Positions 62,769 through 64,000 of a stretch of DNA of 64,000 nt are shown here, in pieces. Numbering within the stretch: the first letter of the stretch is position 1; each line of letters opens with the position of its first letter. The stretch is from Chrysomallon squamiferum (lineage: Eukaryota > Animalia > Mollusca). The notes beneath the pieces are model-generated. The model was not told where the DNA came from. It saw nothing but the letters and a program-made list of their open reading frames with translations, and did not search any database. Both the position numbers and the translations under genes were made by a program. Where the stretch lies: the NCBI GenBank assembly GCA_012295275.1, contig CM022679.1, forward strand, positions 8,060,001 to 8,124,000, in the 5' to 3' direction.

Positions 62769-64000
62769 TCACGGTGAAGCTGCAGTCAGTAAAGTGATGT
62801 AACACAACGCAAAGCGTGGCGTGAGAAAACCTGCAGAATTCGTCGAGTCTACCAGATCAGTAGTTACCGGCGGATCAGTGTCTACCGCCTCTGGAAAGAA
62901 TTCTGGTCTTTCCCAAGGTGTTACCGGATCTCCCACCACTACGACAAATGACGTCAGAGGTGTCACAAAGCGATACTTCAGAGACATTTCCTCAGCCAAG
63001 CGTTCATATTTGTTCGCTTCTTCACTTGTTTCCGCTACGGCCATTTTCTTCAAGAGATCTTTAACTTTGAGGTAAGCGTAGAGTTTACAGATTCTGTCGG
63101 AATCTTCTTGCTTAACCAGTTTCGTGTTCACTTTCAGGACAATCTGACCGGTCTTTGTTAATGCAGTAACGGTAACGTTAATTGTCTTCGTAGTGTCGTT
63201 TATTTTGCCGGCAGTAACGAGCTCAGTGCCGTCAAAATACTGGAGGTATTTGTTCTGTGTCACTTCAGCACTGTCGAAATTATAGTTTATGGCGATATTG
63301 ACCAACACGGGACTTTCTATTTGAGAAAAGAAAGCAGTAAGCTGCTTGTCAGCATCTTGATCGTCGTAAATTCTGACAATGTCGCCGTTATTGTCCCAAG
63401 ACAGTTTCTTCAAAAACTCGAAATCTAAATCAAATCCAAAAGCCAGTGAGAATATCGCAATTTGCGTCGTTCCACTGTTTGCTTTCCGCACGTTGTCTTG
63501 AATTGTCTTGAGATCAGTGACCCCTTCAGTAGGTTCTCCATCCGACAGAAACATAATGAGATTAGATCGTGTTCCTGAAAGACTGAATGATGTTTGAAGT
63601 GAGCGGATGGCCTCCAACAAAGCCGAATTAATATTTGTGGAACCATCTGCTCTTACATTTTGTTCTACATACTGTTTGGCTAATGTAATATTTTCGCTGT
63701 TTGCGACTTGCGGTTCTTGGCGCCATTTTATGACATTTCCATTGAACAAGATTATGTTAAAAACATCTTCTGGCCGGAGCTTGTCAAATATGATCAAGAG
63801 TGATTCTCTTGTACGATTTATTTTATTGCCCTCCATCGATCCACTGATATCTATAACAAATATAATGTTTTTGTTCAAGGGGGGAAGATCACTGGGTGCC
63901 AGATAGTGAACGAAACAGCCGTTGTTGATGATCATCACTCCTCCGTCTCGTTTCTGGTTCACATCATACTCAACCTCAAATTCAACGTTCATTCCACTCT
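62769..64000 (-). CDS. ITIH: ITIH-like VIT-vWA protein, copy E, 5'-truncated by the window edge
   Basis: Open from the window end (..QSGMNVEF..) through vWA/MIDAS to TGA at 62771-62769. Stalk is 6 aa longer than in copy A. Confidence 0.93.
   Translation of the reverse strand, partial: SGMNVEFEVEYDVNQKRDGGVMIINNGCFVHYLAPSDLPPLNKNIIFVIDISGSMEGNKINRTRESLLIIFDKLRPEDVFNIILFNGNVIKWRQEPQVANSENITLAKQYVEQNVRADGSTNINSALLEAIRSLQTSFSLSGTRSNLIMFLSDGEPTEGVTDLKTIQDNVRKANSGTTQIAIFSLAFGFDLDFEFLKKLSWDNNGDIVRIYDDQDADKQLTAFFSQIESPVLVNIAINYNFDSAEVTQNKYLQYFDGTELVTAGKINDTTKTINVTVTALTKTGQIVLKVNTKLVKQEDSDRICKLYAYLKVKDLLKKMAVAETSEEANKYERLAEEMSLKYRFVTPLTSFVVVVGDPVTPWERPEFFPEAVDTDPPVTTDLVDSTNSAGFLTPRFALCYITLLTAASP

Noticed and set aside
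29086-63906. Recurrent antisense ORFs over the ITIH-like genes (e.g. 29443-29907, 39000-39401, 52690-53091, 58314-58616, 63607-63906)
   Set aside because: These are shadow frames of the sense CDS. They recur only because the genes are duplicated, and their starts and lengths are inconsistent.
38279-64000. Array as an assembly artefact (false duplication)
   Set aside because: Copies differ at many coding positions, by indels and in spacer structure, more than expected for mis-joined reads. Long-read confirmation is still advisable.

Overview
AT-rich, microsatellite-rich eukaryotic genomic DNA. It looks like an invertebrate animal with spliceosomal GT-AG introns and mosaic CpG depletion; the taxon cannot be fixed from the sequence alone. 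The left half holds a complete 4-exon fascin gene on the minus strand (CDS 17382->8536, 512 aa). It lies head-to-head with a complete 3-exon ALKBH5 m6A RNA demethylase gene on the plus strand (19615->21195, 332 aa). The right half (28.8-64 kb, running off the window) is a tandem array of at least seven intronless inter-alpha-trypsin-inhibitor heavy-chain-like (VIT + vWA/MIDAS) genes: one divergent copy, five closely related minus-strand copies (the last truncated by the window) and one inverted pseudogene. Unlike vertebrate ITIH chains, they lack the DPHF-cleaved C-terminal domain and end in a GPI-anchor-like signal. The recent copies are heavily N-glycosylated, and many of their differences fall in the loops around an invariant MIDAS, in mosaic (gene-conversion-like) combinations. 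This candidate diversifying cell-surface recognition/adhesion family is the most interesting signal. Also present are a Tc1/mariner-pogo-type MITE, several minisatellites, a local inversion with inverted-duplicated ends and duplicated spacer modules.
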